From Rhodospirillales bacterium (GTDB taxonomy: Bacteria > Pseudomonadota > Alphaproteobacteria > Kiloniellales > JACOMY01), in the NCBI GenBank assembly GCA_038363005.1, contig JBBQBI010000009.1:2376-66375 (forward strand): DNA of 64,000 nt. Reading direction: 5' to 3'. A program made the translations under genes and the position numbers. Positions 50,348-61,007 of this stretch are shown here, piece by piece; within the stretch, counting starts at the first letter, position 1, and every line of letters begins with the position of its first letter. The notes below the pieces were generated by a model. The model ran no database searches. It had not been told where the DNA came from and worked only from the letters and a program-made list of their open reading frames with translations.

Positions 50348-51313
50348 ATGGTTGCAGCGCATCACGGGGACAGACTGGCCATCGACCGCGATGACGTGGC
50401 AGGTGCCGAGGCCCTGATCCGCCCGCACATCCGCCGCACGCCGGTGATCGAGTTGGCGGCCACCGACCTTGGCCTTACCGGCCGCGCAGTGACCCTGAAG
50501 CTGGAGTTCCTGCAGCGCGGTGGCTCCTTCAAGGCGCGCGGCGCCTTCACCAACCTGTTGGCACGACAGGTCCCGCCGGCTGGCGTGGTGGCGGCCTCGG
50601 GCGGCAACCACGGCGTCGCCGTCGCCCTGGCCGCCCAGGCCCTGGGGCAGCCCGCCAGCATCTTCGTGCCGGCCATCGCCTCGCCGGCGAAGGTGGCGCA
50701 GATCCGCGCCTGCGGCGCCCAACTGGTAGTGGGCGGCGAGCGCTATGCCGACGCCCTAGCGGCGGCCGAGGCACACCAGGCGACAACCGGCGCGCTGCCG
50801 GTGCATGCCTTCGACCAGCCGGAGACCTTGGCAGGCCAAGGCACAGTGGGGTTGGAGCTGGAGCAGCAGGCGCCGGACCTCGACACCCTGCTGGTGGCGG
50901 TGGGCGGTGGCGGGCTGATCGGCGGCATCGCCGCCTGGTATGCCGGCCAGTTGCGACTGCTGGGCGTGGAGCCGGAGAGCGCGCCGACGCTGAATCATGC
51001 GCTTGCCGCAGGGCAGCCGGTCGAGGCACCGGCCGGCGGCATCGCCGCCGATTCCCTGGCGCCACGCCAGGTCGGGCGGCTGATGTTCCCGCTGGCGCAG
51101 CGCTTCGTCGCCGGCAGCCTGCTGGTGCCCGACGACGCCATCCGCGCGGCGCAGCGGCTGCTGTGGGATCGGCTGCGCGTGGTGGCCGAACCGGGCGGCG
51201 CGGCGGCGCTGGCGGCGCTGCTCTGCGGCGCCTACCGCCCGGCCGCCGACGAGCGTATCGGCGTGCTGCTGTGCGGTGCCAACACCGACGCGGTGCACTT
51301 CCCCGACGCCTGA
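50348..51313 (+). CDS. PLP-dependent serine/threonine dehydratase-family enzyme
   Basis: The PLP-lysine motif is LQRGGSFKARGAF, followed by ASGGNHG and GGGGLIGG. A GGGAGG RBS precedes ATG 50348. Confidence 0.85.
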   Translation: MVAAHHGDRLAIDRDDVAGAEALIRPHIRRTPVIELAATDLGLTGRAVTLKLEFLQRGGSFKARGAFTNLLARQVPPAGVVAASGGNHGVAVALAAQALGQPASIFVPAIASPAKVAQIRACGAQLVVGGERYADALAAAEAHQATTGALPVHAFDQPETLAGQGTVGLELEQQAPDLDTLLVAVGGGGLIGGIAAWYAGQLRLLGVEPESAPTLNHALAAGQPVEAPAGGIAADSLAPRQVGRLMFPLAQRFVAGSLLVPDDAIRAAQRLLWDRLRVVAEPGGAAALAALLCGAYRPAADERIGVLLCGANTDAVHFPDA

Positions 51314-51346
51314 ACAGGGCGCAGACTGCGGGTTCCCGTCGCGGAG

Positions 51347-51751
51347 GTGAACTTGCCCCAACGCCATGTCTTGCAGGTCGGCCCCTGGCAGGTGGTGCTG
51401 CTGGATTCCATCACCCAGCTGCGCGCGGTGGACAGCGGCGCCGTCGCGGTCAGCGGTTCGCATGGCGGAACCAGCGCCGCCAGCTTCGCCCTGGCAGTGC
51501 CGCTGGCGCTGGCGATCTTCAACGACGCCGGCGTCGGCAAGGACAGGGCCGGCGTGATCGGCCTGGCGCAGCTCGAGGCGCGCGGCCTGCCCGCCGCCAC
51601 GGTCGGGCACCTGACGGCGCGCATCGGCGATGCGCAGGACAGCTGGGACAGCGGCGTCATCTCGCACGTCAACGATGGCGCCTCGCGCCTGGGCCTCAAG
51701 CCGGGCGATCGCCTGTGCGAGGTCTTGCCGCGCCTGGCGGCGGCGGGCTGA
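51347..51751 (+). CDS. hypothetical protein
   Basis: GC3 is high throughout the frame and the start is GTG. I recognise no family. Confidence 0.45.
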   Translation: MNLPQRHVLQVGPWQVVLLDSITQLRAVDSGAVAVSGSHGGTSAASFALAVPLALAIFNDAGVGKDRAGVIGLAQLEARGLPAATVGHLTARIGDAQDSWDSGVISHVNDGASRLGLKPGDRLCEVLPRLAAAG

Positions 51752-51900
51752 AGCCCGGATCGATCGCCAGCAGACCTCCCGACGCAGCAGCATTGTCATG
51801 CGCAGCCGCCGGTCCCATCATGGGGCTTCGTAGCTGGTCGTCCTCGAGGCGGCGACGACAGGGCGGCCACCCCCCGTTCGAACTGCACGGGAGACCGACC

Positions 51901-52332
51901 ATGCATGTGTCCGACATCCTGAAGGCCAAGGGTTCCGCCATCTTCAGCGCGGCGCCGACCATGACCGTAGCCGAGGCCGCTGGCATCCTGACCGACAAGC
52001 GGATCGGCGCCTTGATCGTGCTCGAGGGCGAGCGCCTGGCCGGCATTTTGTCCGAGCGCGACATCGTCCGCACCCTGGCGAAGGAGGGACCCGGCTGCCT
52101 GGCCGGCGCGCTGTCCCGGCTGATGACCGCCAAGGTGGTGACCTGCACGCCTGGCCATTCCATCGCCGAGGTCATGGAGATCATGACCAACAGCCGCATC
52201 CGCCACCTGCCGGTGCTGGAGAACGACCGCGTGGCCGGCATGGTCTCCATCGGCGACGTGGTGAAATGGCGACTGGAAGAGGCGCAGGAGGAAGTCCGCC
52301 AGCTCGCTGCCTACGTCGCCGGCGCGGCTTAG
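51901..52332 (+). CDS. CBS-domain pair protein
   Basis: It has two CBS repeats (GALIVLEGERLAGILSERDI and RHLPVLENDRVAGMVSIGDV). It occupies the last 143 codons of listed ORF 51163..52332. Confidence 0.85.
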   Translation: MHVSDILKAKGSAIFSAAPTMTVAEAAGILTDKRIGALIVLEGERLAGILSERDIVRTLAKEGPGCLAGALSRLMTAKVVTCTPGHSIAEVMEIMTNSRIRHLPVLENDRVAGMVSIGDVVKWRLEEAQEEVRQLAAYVAGAA

Positions 52333-52416
52333 CGGGCGATCCGCCACTCGGAATTTTCACCGGATCGGTTCATCTTCTTATTCACATCCCGCCTCTCTTG
52401 AGTGCAAGTTTATGTC

Positions 52417-53247
52417 ATGCATGGAGTCCGAGTCGGGTCGGCCGCCCAGCCTTCAGTCCTCAGTTCACTGAGCAACCTTGTCGTTGCGGCCAGGCCGCTG
52501 CGACGTGCCGGCCAGGCCGTGCTGCTTGCCTTGGTGCTGGCCGGCTGCGCGGTGGACCGGCCGCCGGGCAAGAACGGCGCCGCCGGCGATTCCGCCGCCA
52601 CCCTGCGACTGGCCGAGCGCACCGAAGAAGCCGGCGACTACAGCACCGCGCTGAAGCTCTATCAGGACCTGCAGACGGTAGAGCCGACCAAGCCCGCGGT
52701 GCTGCTGGGCCTTGGTCGCAGCTTCGCCGGCCTCGACATGAATGGCCGCGCCGAGCAGGCCTTCCGCGCCGCGCTGGCGCAGGCGCCGGGCGACCGCGAT
52801 GCGCTCTATGGCCTGGGCAAGGCGCTCTATCACCAGGACCGCTTGGCCGAGGCGGAAGACGCCTTCCGCCAGACGCTGCAGTCCGACGCAAGCTATCTGC
52901 CGGCCTACTCGGCGCTGGGTGCCTCACTCGACCGCCAGGGCAAGCACGATCAGGCACAGCAGGCCTACCAGGACGGCCTGTCGCGCGACCCGACCAACCT
53001 GGCGCTGCTTAACAACCTCGGCCTGTCGCTGGCGCTGTCCGGCCAATACGACCGCGCCATCCAGCTGCTGAAGGAATTGGTGAACGATCCGCACGCCACG
53101 CCGCGGATCCGGCAGAACCTGGCGCTGGCCTATGGCCTGTCCGGCAACTTCGAGGCCGCCGCCGCCATCGCTGCCATCGACCTGCCCGAAGGCCAGGTGG
53201 CGAGCAACATCGACTTCTATCGATTGGCCATCGACTCGCTGCGCTAG
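52417..53247 (+). CDS. tadD: TPR-repeat lipoprotein, TadD-like
   Basis: The lipobox is LVLAGC and TPR repeats follow (ALKLYQDL.., ALYGLGKALY.., AYSALGASL..). It is adjacent to the tad genes. Confidence 0.7.
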   Translation: MHGVRVGSAAQPSVLSSLSNLVVAARPLRRAGQAVLLALVLAGCAVDRPPGKNGAAGDSAATLRLAERTEEAGDYSTALKLYQDLQTVEPTKPAVLLGLGRSFAGLDMNGRAEQAFRAALAQAPGDRDALYGLGKALYHQDRLAEAEDAFRQTLQSDASYLPAYSALGASLDRQGKHDQAQQAYQDGLSRDPTNLALLNNLGLSLALSGQYDRAIQLLKELVNDPHATPRIRQNLALAYGLSGNFEAAAAIAAIDLPEGQVASNIDFYRLAIDSLR

Positions 53248-53250
53248 GCA

Positions 53251-54519
53251 CTATTCGAACAGCGCCGCGGTGGACAGGCCAATACTGCGGGTGCCGCTGC
53301 CGGCGCAGTTGCTCTTGAAGTCCGTGGTGCCGACGAAGGTGATGGTGCGGGCGATCAGCTGCGTGCACTCGGCGATGCCGGCCTGCGTCGTGCCGGTCCA
53401 CTTCACCGACTGCTTGGGAAAGTAGATCAAGCCATTCACGTTCTGCGTCGAGCTGCCGGTCATGGCGTTGGTGCCGCTGGCCACGGCATTGCGGTCCTGG
53501 AAGATCGCCACGCCGGACAGCGGGCCGCTGGTCGGCGCGGCAATGTTGAGCTGGCCCGAACCGGAGATGCTGAGCTCCGCGTGACTGCTGCCGGTGCTGC
53601 TGGTCAGGACGATGGTGACCGGTCCGGTGCCGTTGATGATCGTGGTGCCGGAGATGTCGAACTGGCCGCGGTCGATGATGTAGGTGCCGGCCTGCATGGT
53701 GATGGTGCGGCTGCCAGAAATCTTCAGGCCGTTGCAGTATGTGCCCGGGCTGATCGTCGCGGTGCCCGAGCCGGAGATCGAGAAATTGGTGTAGCTGCAG
53801 CCGGAGTAGCTGGGCACCGCGAGGTCGGCATAGGGGTCGGCGAGCGGCGCCATGCCGGTCTGCGGGCCGATCGCGTCGGTGGTGGCAATCACCGCGCTGC
53901 CGGTGGTCTTGTAGCCGCCGACGATGGAGACGTTGGTGGCATCGATACGCGACGTGCCGGTCAGGCGCAGCGCCTGGGAGTTCGCCGAGTTCACCGCCAG
54001 GCCGCAGGTCGGCAGGTCGAGGTGCGCGGTGCCGGTCAGCACCGTCGCCTCGGCCGTCACCTCCAGCGCCAGGACGCAGAAGTCGCCGCCGGTGCTCTGC
54101 ATGCTGGCCACTGCCCGTGCGCCCAGGTCGATGGGCCCCTCGATGAACATTGCGGTCAGCAGCGGTGCCCGCGGCTTGTGGATGACCACTTCCACCGCCT
54201 GGCTGATACCGGCCTTGCTGCCGCTGGTCGGCGGCACGTTGACGGCAATCACCACGCCATCGACGCCGTCCTGGTAGCCGAAGCTGCCGGCGACGGCGCG
54301 TGCCTGGGTTCCAGGATCCTGCCCGGTGAGCATGGCATTGGCGGCGCTGGAGGCCGCTGCGTCGGCGGCGCCCTGCAGGGTCCGGCGCTCGAGCTGCCAC
54401 AGGCCCACCTCCACGCCCAACCCGGCGAAGCCCAGGATGACGGTCAGCAGGATCGCGGTCAGCGGCGCGACGGCCCCACTCTCGCCATCGCGCCCACGCA
54501 AACGCTTCCAGATCGGCAC
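53251..54519 (-). CDS. tadG: TadG-like pilus-assembly protein
   Basis: The N-terminus carries a TadE/G-like TM segment (GAVAPLTAILLTVILGFAGLGVEVG). The C-terminal region is Gly/Thr/Ser-rich and beta-helix-like. Confidence 0.7.
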   Translation of the reverse strand: MPIWKRLRGRDGESGAVAPLTAILLTVILGFAGLGVEVGLWQLERRTLQGAADAAASSAANAMLTGQDPGTQARAVAGSFGYQDGVDGVVIAVNVPPTSGSKAGISQAVEVVIHKPRAPLLTAMFIEGPIDLGARAVASMQSTGGDFCVLALEVTAEATVLTGTAHLDLPTCGLAVNSANSQALRLTGTSRIDATNVSIVGGYKTTGSAVIATTDAIGPQTGMAPLADPYADLAVPSYSGCSYTNFSISGSGTATISPGTYCNGLKISGSRTITMQAGTYIIDRGQFDISGTTIINGTGPVTIVLTSSTGSSHAELSISGSGQLNIAAPTSGPLSGVAIFQDRNAVASGTNAMTGSSTQNVNGLIYFPKQSVKWTGTTQAGIAECTQLIARTITFVGTTDFKSNCAGSGTRSIGLSTAALFE

Positions 54520-54595
54520 GGGTTGTCCCTTTGCCCCTGAGAGGACTGCGTTAAATTACGCCTGTACTCTGGCGCAACGTATTGAAGTCTGTTTC

Positions 54596-55039
54596 ATGTT
54601 CGAACTCGCGGCGGTGTTCAGGCGGGCGCGGCGCTGCCAGCGGGGCGTGGCGGGCATCGAGTTCGCGTTGCTGTCGCCCATCCTGGTCACGCTGCTGCTC
54701 GGGGTCATCGACCTGGGCTCGGCCACCTACATCAAGCGCGAGGCACAGGCGGCGGCGCAGGCCGGTGTGCAGTTCTCGCTCATTGCCGGCTGGAAACCCA
54801 CCGAGATCGAGGCCGCCGTGGTCGGTTCCAGCACGCTGGAAGCGCCGATCATCACCGTCGAGAAGGTCTTTGCCTGCGCCCAGGCCACCAGCCTCAGCTT
54901 CGTGTCGCAGGGCAGCTCCTGCGGTAGTGGCAGCGCCGGCACCTACGTCCGTGTCACCGTCGACCCACAGTACACGCCGATTCTGCCGATGGCCGGACTG
55001 GACGTGGGACCGGCGGTTGCCATCGTGCGGATCGAATGA
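54596..55039 (+). CDS. tadE: TadE-family pseudopilin-like protein
   Basis: It carries the N-terminal motif GVAGIEFALLSPILVTLLLGVIDLG. Confidence 0.75.
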   Translation: MFELAAVFRRARRCQRGVAGIEFALLSPILVTLLLGVIDLGSATYIKREAQAAAQAGVQFSLIAGWKPTEIEAAVVGSSTLEAPIITVEKVFACAQATSLSFVSQGSSCGSGSAGTYVRVTVDPQYTPILPMAGLDVGPAVAIVRIE

Positions 55040-55461
55040 TGCGCCCGTTGCGCCACCTGTCGCGGGCCGACAACGGCGTTGCCGCCATGGAGTTCGCCCT
55101 GGTGCTGCCAGTGCTGCTGCTGCTGGTGCTTGGCATCATCGAATTCGGGCGCTTCATGTGGGTCGACAACACGCTACGCCACGCCGTGCAGGAAGGCGCG
55201 CGCTGCGCGGCGATGAACTGCTGCGACCTCGCCGGCGCCAGCTGCAGTTCGCCGGAGGGCCTGGCGGCGCAGCGCGCCACCGGCCTCAATCTCCAGCCGG
55301 CCGATTTCGTGCTCGACCTGCAGAGCTGCGGCAAACGGCTGCGCGCCGGGGCCGGCGGTGCCGGCCTGCCCTATACTTTCATGATGGCCGATCTTATCAG
55401 CCTGGCTGGCATCAATGTGACACTGACCGCCGAGGCCTGCTTCCCAACGCTAGACCGCTGA
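55036..55461 (+). CDS. TadE/TadF-family pseudopilin-like protein
   Basis: It carries the N-terminal motif GVAAMEFALVLPVLLLLVLGIIEFG and shares an ATGA overlap with the upstream gene. Confidence 0.75.
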   Translation: MMRPLRHLSRADNGVAAMEFALVLPVLLLLVLGIIEFGRFMWVDNTLRHAVQEGARCAAMNCCDLAGASCSSPEGLAAQRATGLNLQPADFVLDLQSCGKRLRAGAGGAGLPYTFMMADLISLAGINVTLTAEACFPTLDR

Positions 55462-55474
55462 GACCACCAGGCCG

Positions 55475-56473
55475 CTAGTGCGGCTTCCAGTTGGACATCA
55501 GGTTGTCCATCAGGATCAGCGCGCCGGGGCCCAGCAGCACGACGAACAGCGCCGGCAGCACGAAGACGATCAGCGGCACGGTCATGATCGCCGGCAGCCG
55601 CGCAGCCTTCTCCTCGGCCCGCATCATGCGTTCGCCGCGTTGCTCGGCGGCTAGCACACGCAGCGCCTGGGCCAGCGGCGTGCCATAGCGCTCGCTCTGG
55701 ATCATGGTGCTGATCAGGGCGCGGATCGCCGGCATGTCGATGCGATCGGCCAGGTTCTCCAGCGCGCGGCGCCGTTCGGACAGGAAGCGCAGCTCCAGAC
55801 CGCTGTACTCGATCTCCTCGGCCAGCACCTCGGAGGTACGGCGGATCTCGCGTGCGACGCGCTGCAGCGAGGCATCGATGCTGAGGCCGGCCTCGGCGCA
55901 GATCACCATCAGGTCCATGGCGTCCGGCAGGGCGCGCCGGATGTCGGTCTTGCGCCGCATTTCGCGGTTGCGCAGGAAAATGTCAGGCGACTGGCTGCCC
56001 AGCAGGCCCAGGCCGATCATCGCCGCCACCTTCAGCATGGTGGAGAGCGCCACCGGCTGCAGCACGAAGAGATAAACCGCGCCGATGCCGCAGGCCAGCA
56101 GCGGCAGCAGCACCTTGGCGAAGGCATAAACCAGGAAGGCGTCACGGTTGCGATAGCCGGCCCGCACCAGGCGCTGGCGCACCGAGGCCACCTGCTTGTC
56201 GCGCACCACGTTCATCCGCGCCGTGCTGGCCTTGATGACGCGCAGTGCATCCTGGCGCCAGCGCTCGGATCCCTTGACCTCGGCCTGGCGGCTGACTAGG
56301 CGGCCGCCGCGCTCCTGCCCGGTCGCCGCCCGCAGCCGGGCCCGGCGATCGGCCAACTGCACCAGGATGCCGCCCAGCGCCAGGCAGAACAGCAGGGCGG
56401 CCAGCGCGGCGCCCAGGGCCAACAGCATCGGCGTGTTCAATAGGGTGTCCATGGCCGCCTCGTCAGATCTCAA
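55475..56473 (-). CDS. tadC: type II secretion F-family membrane protein TadC
   Basis: It has a GspF-like domain (LPDAMDLMVICAEAGLS.., RAEEKAARLP) and terminal TMs. Confidence 0.85.
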   Translation of the reverse strand: MRSDEAAMDTLLNTPMLLALGAALAALLFCLALGGILVQLADRRARLRAATGQERGGRLVSRQAEVKGSERWRQDALRVIKASTARMNVVRDKQVASVRQRLVRAGYRNRDAFLVYAFAKVLLPLLACGIGAVYLFVLQPVALSTMLKVAAMIGLGLLGSQSPDIFLRNREMRRKTDIRRALPDAMDLMVICAEAGLSIDASLQRVAREIRRTSEVLAEEIEYSGLELRFLSERRRALENLADRIDMPAIRALISTMIQSERYGTPLAQALRVLAAEQRGERMMRAEEKAARLPAIMTVPLIVFVLPALFVVLLGPGALILMDNLMSNWKPH

Positions 56474-57467
56474 ACCGGATCATGCGCGCCATCACCACGG
56501 CGCCCATGGAAATGCTGGTCAGGCCGGCACCCAGCATCATGTGGCCGCGCGGATCGGTGAACAGGCTGTCGAGATAGCCGGGATTGACGATCAGGATCAG
56601 CAGCGCCATGGCGAAGGGCAGCCCGCCTAGGATATAGGCGCTGGCCCTGGCTTCGGACGAGAGGGCGCGGACCTTGAGCTTCATCTGCTCGCGCTGCCGC
56701 AGGATGCGCGACAGATTGGTCAGTGCCTCGGTCAGATTGCCGCCGGTCTCGCGCTGCACCGAGATCGAGATGACCATGAAGTTGAATTCCGCGCGGTTGA
56801 TGCGGTGGCCGATTTCCCACAGCGCCTGCTCCAGCGTGGCGCCGAAGTGCACCTTGTCGCGGATGGTGCGGAATTCCTCGCCCAGCGGTCCGTGGAACTC
56901 GTCCTCCACCACCCGCACCCCTTCGAGGATGGGCAAGCCGGCGCGCACACTGCGGATGATGATGTCGATGGCATCGGGCAGCTGCTTGAGGAAACGCTCG
57001 GTGCGGCGACGGCCGAGCCGCCCGACGAAGAGATGCATGATCGCGAAGCCAAGAACGACGCCGGCGAAGGCAGCCGGCAGGAACCGCAGCCCGGCCACCA
57101 GCTGCAACAGGAAACACAGCGTGATGCTGAGGATCAGCACGATTCCCAGGTACCAGCCGCTATCCATCTTCAGGCCGGCGCGCTCCAACCGCAGTTTCAG
57201 ACGTGCCCGATTGGGTAGCAGTGCGCCCAGCCGCTGTTCGAGGCGCTGCATTGGACCACGCGGCTTGCCGCTGCGAAATGCCGTGGTGCCCTCCAGGCTG
57301 GCGACAGGCGTGCGCTTGCTGGCGTCGTCGATGACCCGCTCATAACGCAGCTGGCGCCGCCGAACCGTGGAGTGCCACCACAGCAGGTAGGCCCCGCCGA
57401 AGGCCAGCATCGACAGGAAGCTGCCCAGCAGCACGGTCAGCAGGGCGCCGATCAGGCCGTCTTGCAT
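56463..57467 (-). CDS. tadB: type II secretion F-family membrane protein TadB
   Basis: It has a GspF-like domain (LPDAIDIIIRSVRAGLP.., SSEARASA). The start was placed at ATG 57467 inside listed ORF 56463..57824. Confidence 0.85.
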   Translation of the reverse strand: MQDGLIGALLTVLLGSFLSMLAFGGAYLLWWHSTVRRRQLRYERVIDDASKRTPVASLEGTTAFRSGKPRGPMQRLEQRLGALLPNRARLKLRLERAGLKMDSGWYLGIVLILSITLCFLLQLVAGLRFLPAAFAGVVLGFAIMHLFVGRLGRRRTERFLKQLPDAIDIIIRSVRAGLPILEGVRVVEDEFHGPLGEEFRTIRDKVHFGATLEQALWEIGHRINRAEFNFMVISISVQRETGGNLTEALTNLSRILRQREQMKLKVRALSSEARASAYILGGLPFAMALLILIVNPGYLDSLFTDPRGHMMLGAGLTSISMGAVVMARMIRFEI

Positions 57468-59077
57468 TCCATCGCCTCCAGCAGGGAGTCGCCCAGGCCG
57501 TAGTATTCGGCCCGGGTCACGAAGGCCGGCCGGTAGCCGGTACAGAGGTGGCGTCCCAGCAAGGATCCGTCGGGTCGCTCGCCCTGGTACTGATAGACGA
57601 AGAGATCCTGCAGCGTGATGATCTCGCCCTCCATGCCGATCACCTCGCTGACTTGGCTGACGCGGCGCACGCCGTCGCGCATGCGGCTGATCTGCACGAT
57701 GAGGTGCACGGCGCTGGCGATCTGCATGCGGACCGCCGCGCTGGGCAGCCGCATCGACGACATGGCCACCATGTTTTCCAACCGGGTCAGCGCCTCGCGC
57801 GCGGTGTTCGCGTGCAACGTGCACATCGAACCGTCGTGGCCGGTGTTCATCGCCTGCAGCATGTCGATGGCCTCGGCGCCGCGCACCTCGCCGCAGATGA
57901 TGCGATCGGGGCGCATGCGCAGCGCGTTCTTCACCAGGTCACGGATCGAGACCTCGCCTTGCCCTTCGATCGACGCCGGGCGGGTTTCCAGTCGCACCAC
58001 ATGCGGCTGCTGCAGCTGCAGTTCGGCCGCATCCTCGATGGTGACGATGCGCTCGCCATGATCGATCAGGCGCGACATGGCGTTCAGCAGCGTGGTCTTG
58101 CCCGACCCGGTGCCGCCGGAAATCAGGATGTTGAGCCGGCAGCGCGAGGCGATCTTCAGGACCGTTGACAGCCCTTCGGTGATGTTGCCCTGGTGCACCA
58201 TGGCGTCGAGCGTGAGCTGCCGCTTGGCGAACTTGCGGATCGAGATCGAGGGGCCGTCGATGGCCAGCGGTGGAATGATGATGTTGACGCGGCTGCCATC
58301 CGGCAGGCGGGCATCGACCAGCGGGCTGGATTCATCCACCCGGCGGCCGATACGGGTGACGATGCGGGTCGCCACGTGCATGACATGGGCGTTGTCGCGG
58401 AAGGTGACGTCGGTGTGTTCCAGCTTGCCGCGACGCTCGACATAGACGTGCTTCGGGCCGTTCACCATGATGTCGTTGATCGTCTCGTCGGCCAGCAGCG
58501 GCTCCAGCGGACCCAATCCCAGCATGTCGTCGACGATCAACCGCACCACCTGCGCCTGCTCAGCGCCGTTCAGCTGCAGCCGCAGTTCGCTCTGGATCTC
58601 CCCCACCATGGTACTGACCTGGGCTTCCAGGTCGGCCGGCATCAGGCGCGCCGCCACGGCAACGTCCATGCGCTCCATCAGCAGCGGCGAGATGCGGGCA
58701 CGGCAGGCCTCGCTGCGCTCCAGCTGGCGCGTGCGCAGTTCGTCGGCCTGCCGCGGCCCGCTGATCGCCAGGCCGTCGTTCGCCAGCACCTTGGCCGGCC
58801 GGGCCAGGGCGGCTTCCAGTTGCCCGGTCAGGCGTTCCACCAGCAGCCGCTGCTCGGCCAGCGGCAGGCGCAGGCCGCCCTGGGTCAGCACTTGGTCGAG
58901 CGCCTCGCTGGCCAGACGGGCGATGCGGCGGCGCGTCGCCGGTTCGCCGGGTTCCGCCGCCAGGCGCTCGCGCAGCAGCTTGGCCACGCCGACCGCGAGG
59001 GTCTCCTGCCATGCCGGCAGCGGTGGCGCGGCGGTGCTGGCAGGCTCTGTGGTCGGCAGGTCGAGGGGCGGGGTCAT
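57452..59077 (-). CDS. cpaF: CpaF/TadA secretion ATPase
   Basis: Walker A is [16 protein letters not shown]. The Asp box/Walker B is [11 protein letters not shown], with a His box [12 protein letters not shown]. Confidence 0.95.
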   Translation of the reverse strand: MTPPLDLPTTEPASTAAPPLPAWQETLAVGVAKLLRERLAAEPGEPATRRRIARLASEALDQVLTQGGLRLPLAEQRLLVERLTGQLEAALARPAKVLANDGLAISGPRQADELRTRQLERSEACRARISPLLMERMDVAVAARLMPADLEAQVSTMVGEIQSELRLQLNGAEQAQVVRLIVDDMLGLGPLEPLLADETINDIMVNGPKHVYVERRGKLEHTDVTFRDNAHVMHVATRIVTRIGRRVDESSPLVDARLPDGSRVNIIIPPLAIDGPSISIRKFAKRQLTLDAMVHQGNITEGLSTVLKIASRCRLNILISGGTGSGKTTLLNAMSRLIDHGERIVTIEDAAELQLQQPHVVRLETRPASIEGQGEVSIRDLVKNALRMRPDRIICGEVRGAEAIDMLQAMNTGHDGSMCTLHANTAREALTRLENMVAMSSMRLPSAAVRMQIASAVHLIVQISRMRDGVRRVSQVSEVIGMEGEIITLQDLFVYQYQGERPDGSLLGRHLCTGYRPAFVTRAEYYGLGDSLLEAMECKTA

Positions 59078-60300
59078 CAGCGCCGCCCGCTACGCCGCCA
59101 GCTACGCCGCTTCTGCGGCGCCTCGCGCACGCCGGCCATCTGCACTGTCAGGCGAGACAGCTCGCGCACGATGGCGTGGTTCGGCACCAGCTTGGCCAGC
59201 GGCTCGCCAGCCAGAGCGCAGCGCAGCAGCGGCTCGCGCGCATGCGGCAACTCGATATCTACCTTGGCTTCCAGGCCCTTCTCGATCTCCTTGCGGCTGA
59301 CCTCCGGCTTCGGGTCGCGACGGTTCAACACCACCAGGGTCTTCACCGTGGGGTGGCGCAGGCGCAGGAACCGCAGCAGGCGGCAGGAATCGCGCAGCGC
59401 TGCCAGACTGGCGTCCATCACGACCACCAGCGTGCTGAGCCCGCTAAGCAGGGCCTGATGCGGCACCAGGTGGTGGCGTGACAGGTCGAGGATGGCGATG
59501 TCGCAGCTCTTCAGCGCGCGCTCCACGAAGGCGGCCGGCTGGCGCGCCTCGGCGGCGCGCTCGACGTCGAAGCCCTCTTCCGACGCCAGCAGGTGCAGCT
59601 GCGGACCCAGGTGCGCGGCGGCGTGCTCCAGGAACACGCCGTCCACCCGTTCCGGTGCCAGCAGCGCCTCGCCCAGCGCCGGCCCGGGGGCCACGTCCAG
59701 CATCAGCGCCTGCACCCCGAAGTGGATGTCGAGATCGATCAGGAAGGTCTTGCGCCGCAGCCCCTTGGCCATGATCCAGGCACAGTTACCGGCGACCAGC
59801 GAGGCGCCGACACCGCCGCGTAGGCCAATCACCGCGACGCCACGCCCCTGCGGCTCGGCGGCCGCGCCATTGGGATTCTCCAGCCGGGCGAAGGCGCCAT
59901 TCAGCATGCCCAGGTCGATCGGCTTGACCAGATAGTCTGCCGCGCCGGCCTCGCGCAGGCGACGATAGAAGGCAACGTCATTGCGCTCGCCCAGCGCCAC
60001 CACATGGGCGCCGGCGCGCACGACCTCGGCAACGCCCTCGGCGACCTCTTCGGTCGCCTCGGCGGCGCCAAGATCCAGCAACAGCAGGCGCGGCGGCGGC
60101 GAGGCCGACAGCGTACGCAGCGCGCCCGCCAAGCCGCCACGCGCGACCTCGTCCGCCGGCCAGCCACGCTGCTTGGCGAACTCCAGCACCGCCGGGCGTG
60201 CGCCTTCGTCGTGCAGGAAGGCACCGAAGGGTTCGCGCGCCGCGTCCTCGACCGGTTGGGTCTTGGCCTTGCGCTGCAGCAGGTTGGCGCCGGCGGCCAT
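59077..60300 (-). CDS. cpaE: CpaE/TadZ pilus-assembly protein (receiver-like N-domain plus MinD/ParA-like ATPase domain)
   Basis: The deviant Walker A region is VIGLRGGVGASLVAGN. Its position between cpaD and cpaF fits the call. Confidence 0.8.
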   Translation of the reverse strand: MAAGANLLQRKAKTQPVEDAAREPFGAFLHDEGARPAVLEFAKQRGWPADEVARGGLAGALRTLSASPPPRLLLLDLGAAEATEEVAEGVAEVVRAGAHVVALGERNDVAFYRRLREAGAADYLVKPIDLGMLNGAFARLENPNGAAAEPQGRGVAVIGLRGGVGASLVAGNCAWIMAKGLRRKTFLIDLDIHFGVQALMLDVAPGPALGEALLAPERVDGVFLEHAAAHLGPQLHLLASEEGFDVERAAEARQPAAFVERALKSCDIAILDLSRHHLVPHQALLSGLSTLVVVMDASLAALRDSCRLLRFLRLRHPTVKTLVVLNRRDPKPEVSRKEIEKGLEAKVDIELPHAREPLLRCALAGEPLAKLVPNHAIVRELSRLTVQMAGVREAPQKRRSWRRSGRR

Positions 60301-60302
60301 GC

Positions 60303-60998
60303 TCAGTTGCCTGTCGCGCCGCCGGGCGTGAAGGTCCCGGCCTGGCCGCCGCCGGCATCGCGATCCAGCGCGTGCTCGCGCACCTGGTAGCTGCGCAGTA
60401 GCAACGCGGCGCGCTCGCCGTCGCTCGGCCCCAGCGGCCGGCCAGCCACCAGGTCGTGCGGATCGGCCAGCATGAGGCCGAGGTTATAGGCGGTGGCGCA
60501 GCCAAAGCGGCTCATCGCCACCTCGTTGTCATAGGCGATGCGACCCACCGCCGAACTGCCGGCGCAGCCCGCCGGCTCGGTCAGCACCAGCTGGTGCACC
60601 ACCAGCAGCGCCGAATCGCCCTGCCCGCTGGCGCCGGCACGCGCGGCGCTGGTCGGCACCAGGCCAAGCCCGCCCAGCAGGCCGCTGACGGCCTGGCGGC
60701 GCTGTTCGGTGAGCTGCGGCGTCACCGCCGGCTCGACCGCCACCGCCACCTGTTCGCCAGGTGCCACGCCATTGTAGGCTAGGAATTCGATCAGGGCGTT
60801 GCGCGCGCCGGGTTGCAGCAAGGCGCTGCCCTGGGCGAAGACCAGGTCGTGGCTGAGCACCCGCTCGTTCACCACCGGCTGCGCCAAGTCGACGCGCCTG
60901 GCGTTCAGGCCGCCGGGCACACCGACACCCTGCGGACCATTGCAGGCCGCGAGCAACAGCAGCGCGGCCGCACCGACTCCTCCCCGACTCCTCACCAC
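60303..60998 (-). CDS. cpaD: CpaD-like pilus-biogenesis lipoprotein
   Basis: The lipobox is LLLAAC. Its size and position between cpaC and cpaE fit the call. The start is GTG. Confidence 0.65.
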   Translation of the reverse strand: MVRSRGGVGAAALLLLAACNGPQGVGVPGGLNARRVDLAQPVVNERVLSHDLVFAQGSALLQPGARNALIEFLAYNGVAPGEQVAVAVEPAVTPQLTEQRRQAVSGLLGGLGLVPTSAARAGASGQGDSALLVVHQLVLTEPAGCAGSSAVGRIAYDNEVAMSRFGCATAYNLGLMLADPHDLVAGRPLGPSDGERAALLLRSYQVREHALDRDAGGGQAGTFTPGGATGN

Positions 60999-61007
60999 GA
61001 CGTCCCC

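Noticed and set aside
51752-51900. 149-nt leader upstream of the CBS-domain gene examined for a riboswitch or small ORF
   Set aside because: I saw only a weak 6-bp stem (GTCGTC..GACGAC) and no recognisable riboswitch consensus. The small reading frames there are tails of shadow ORFs.
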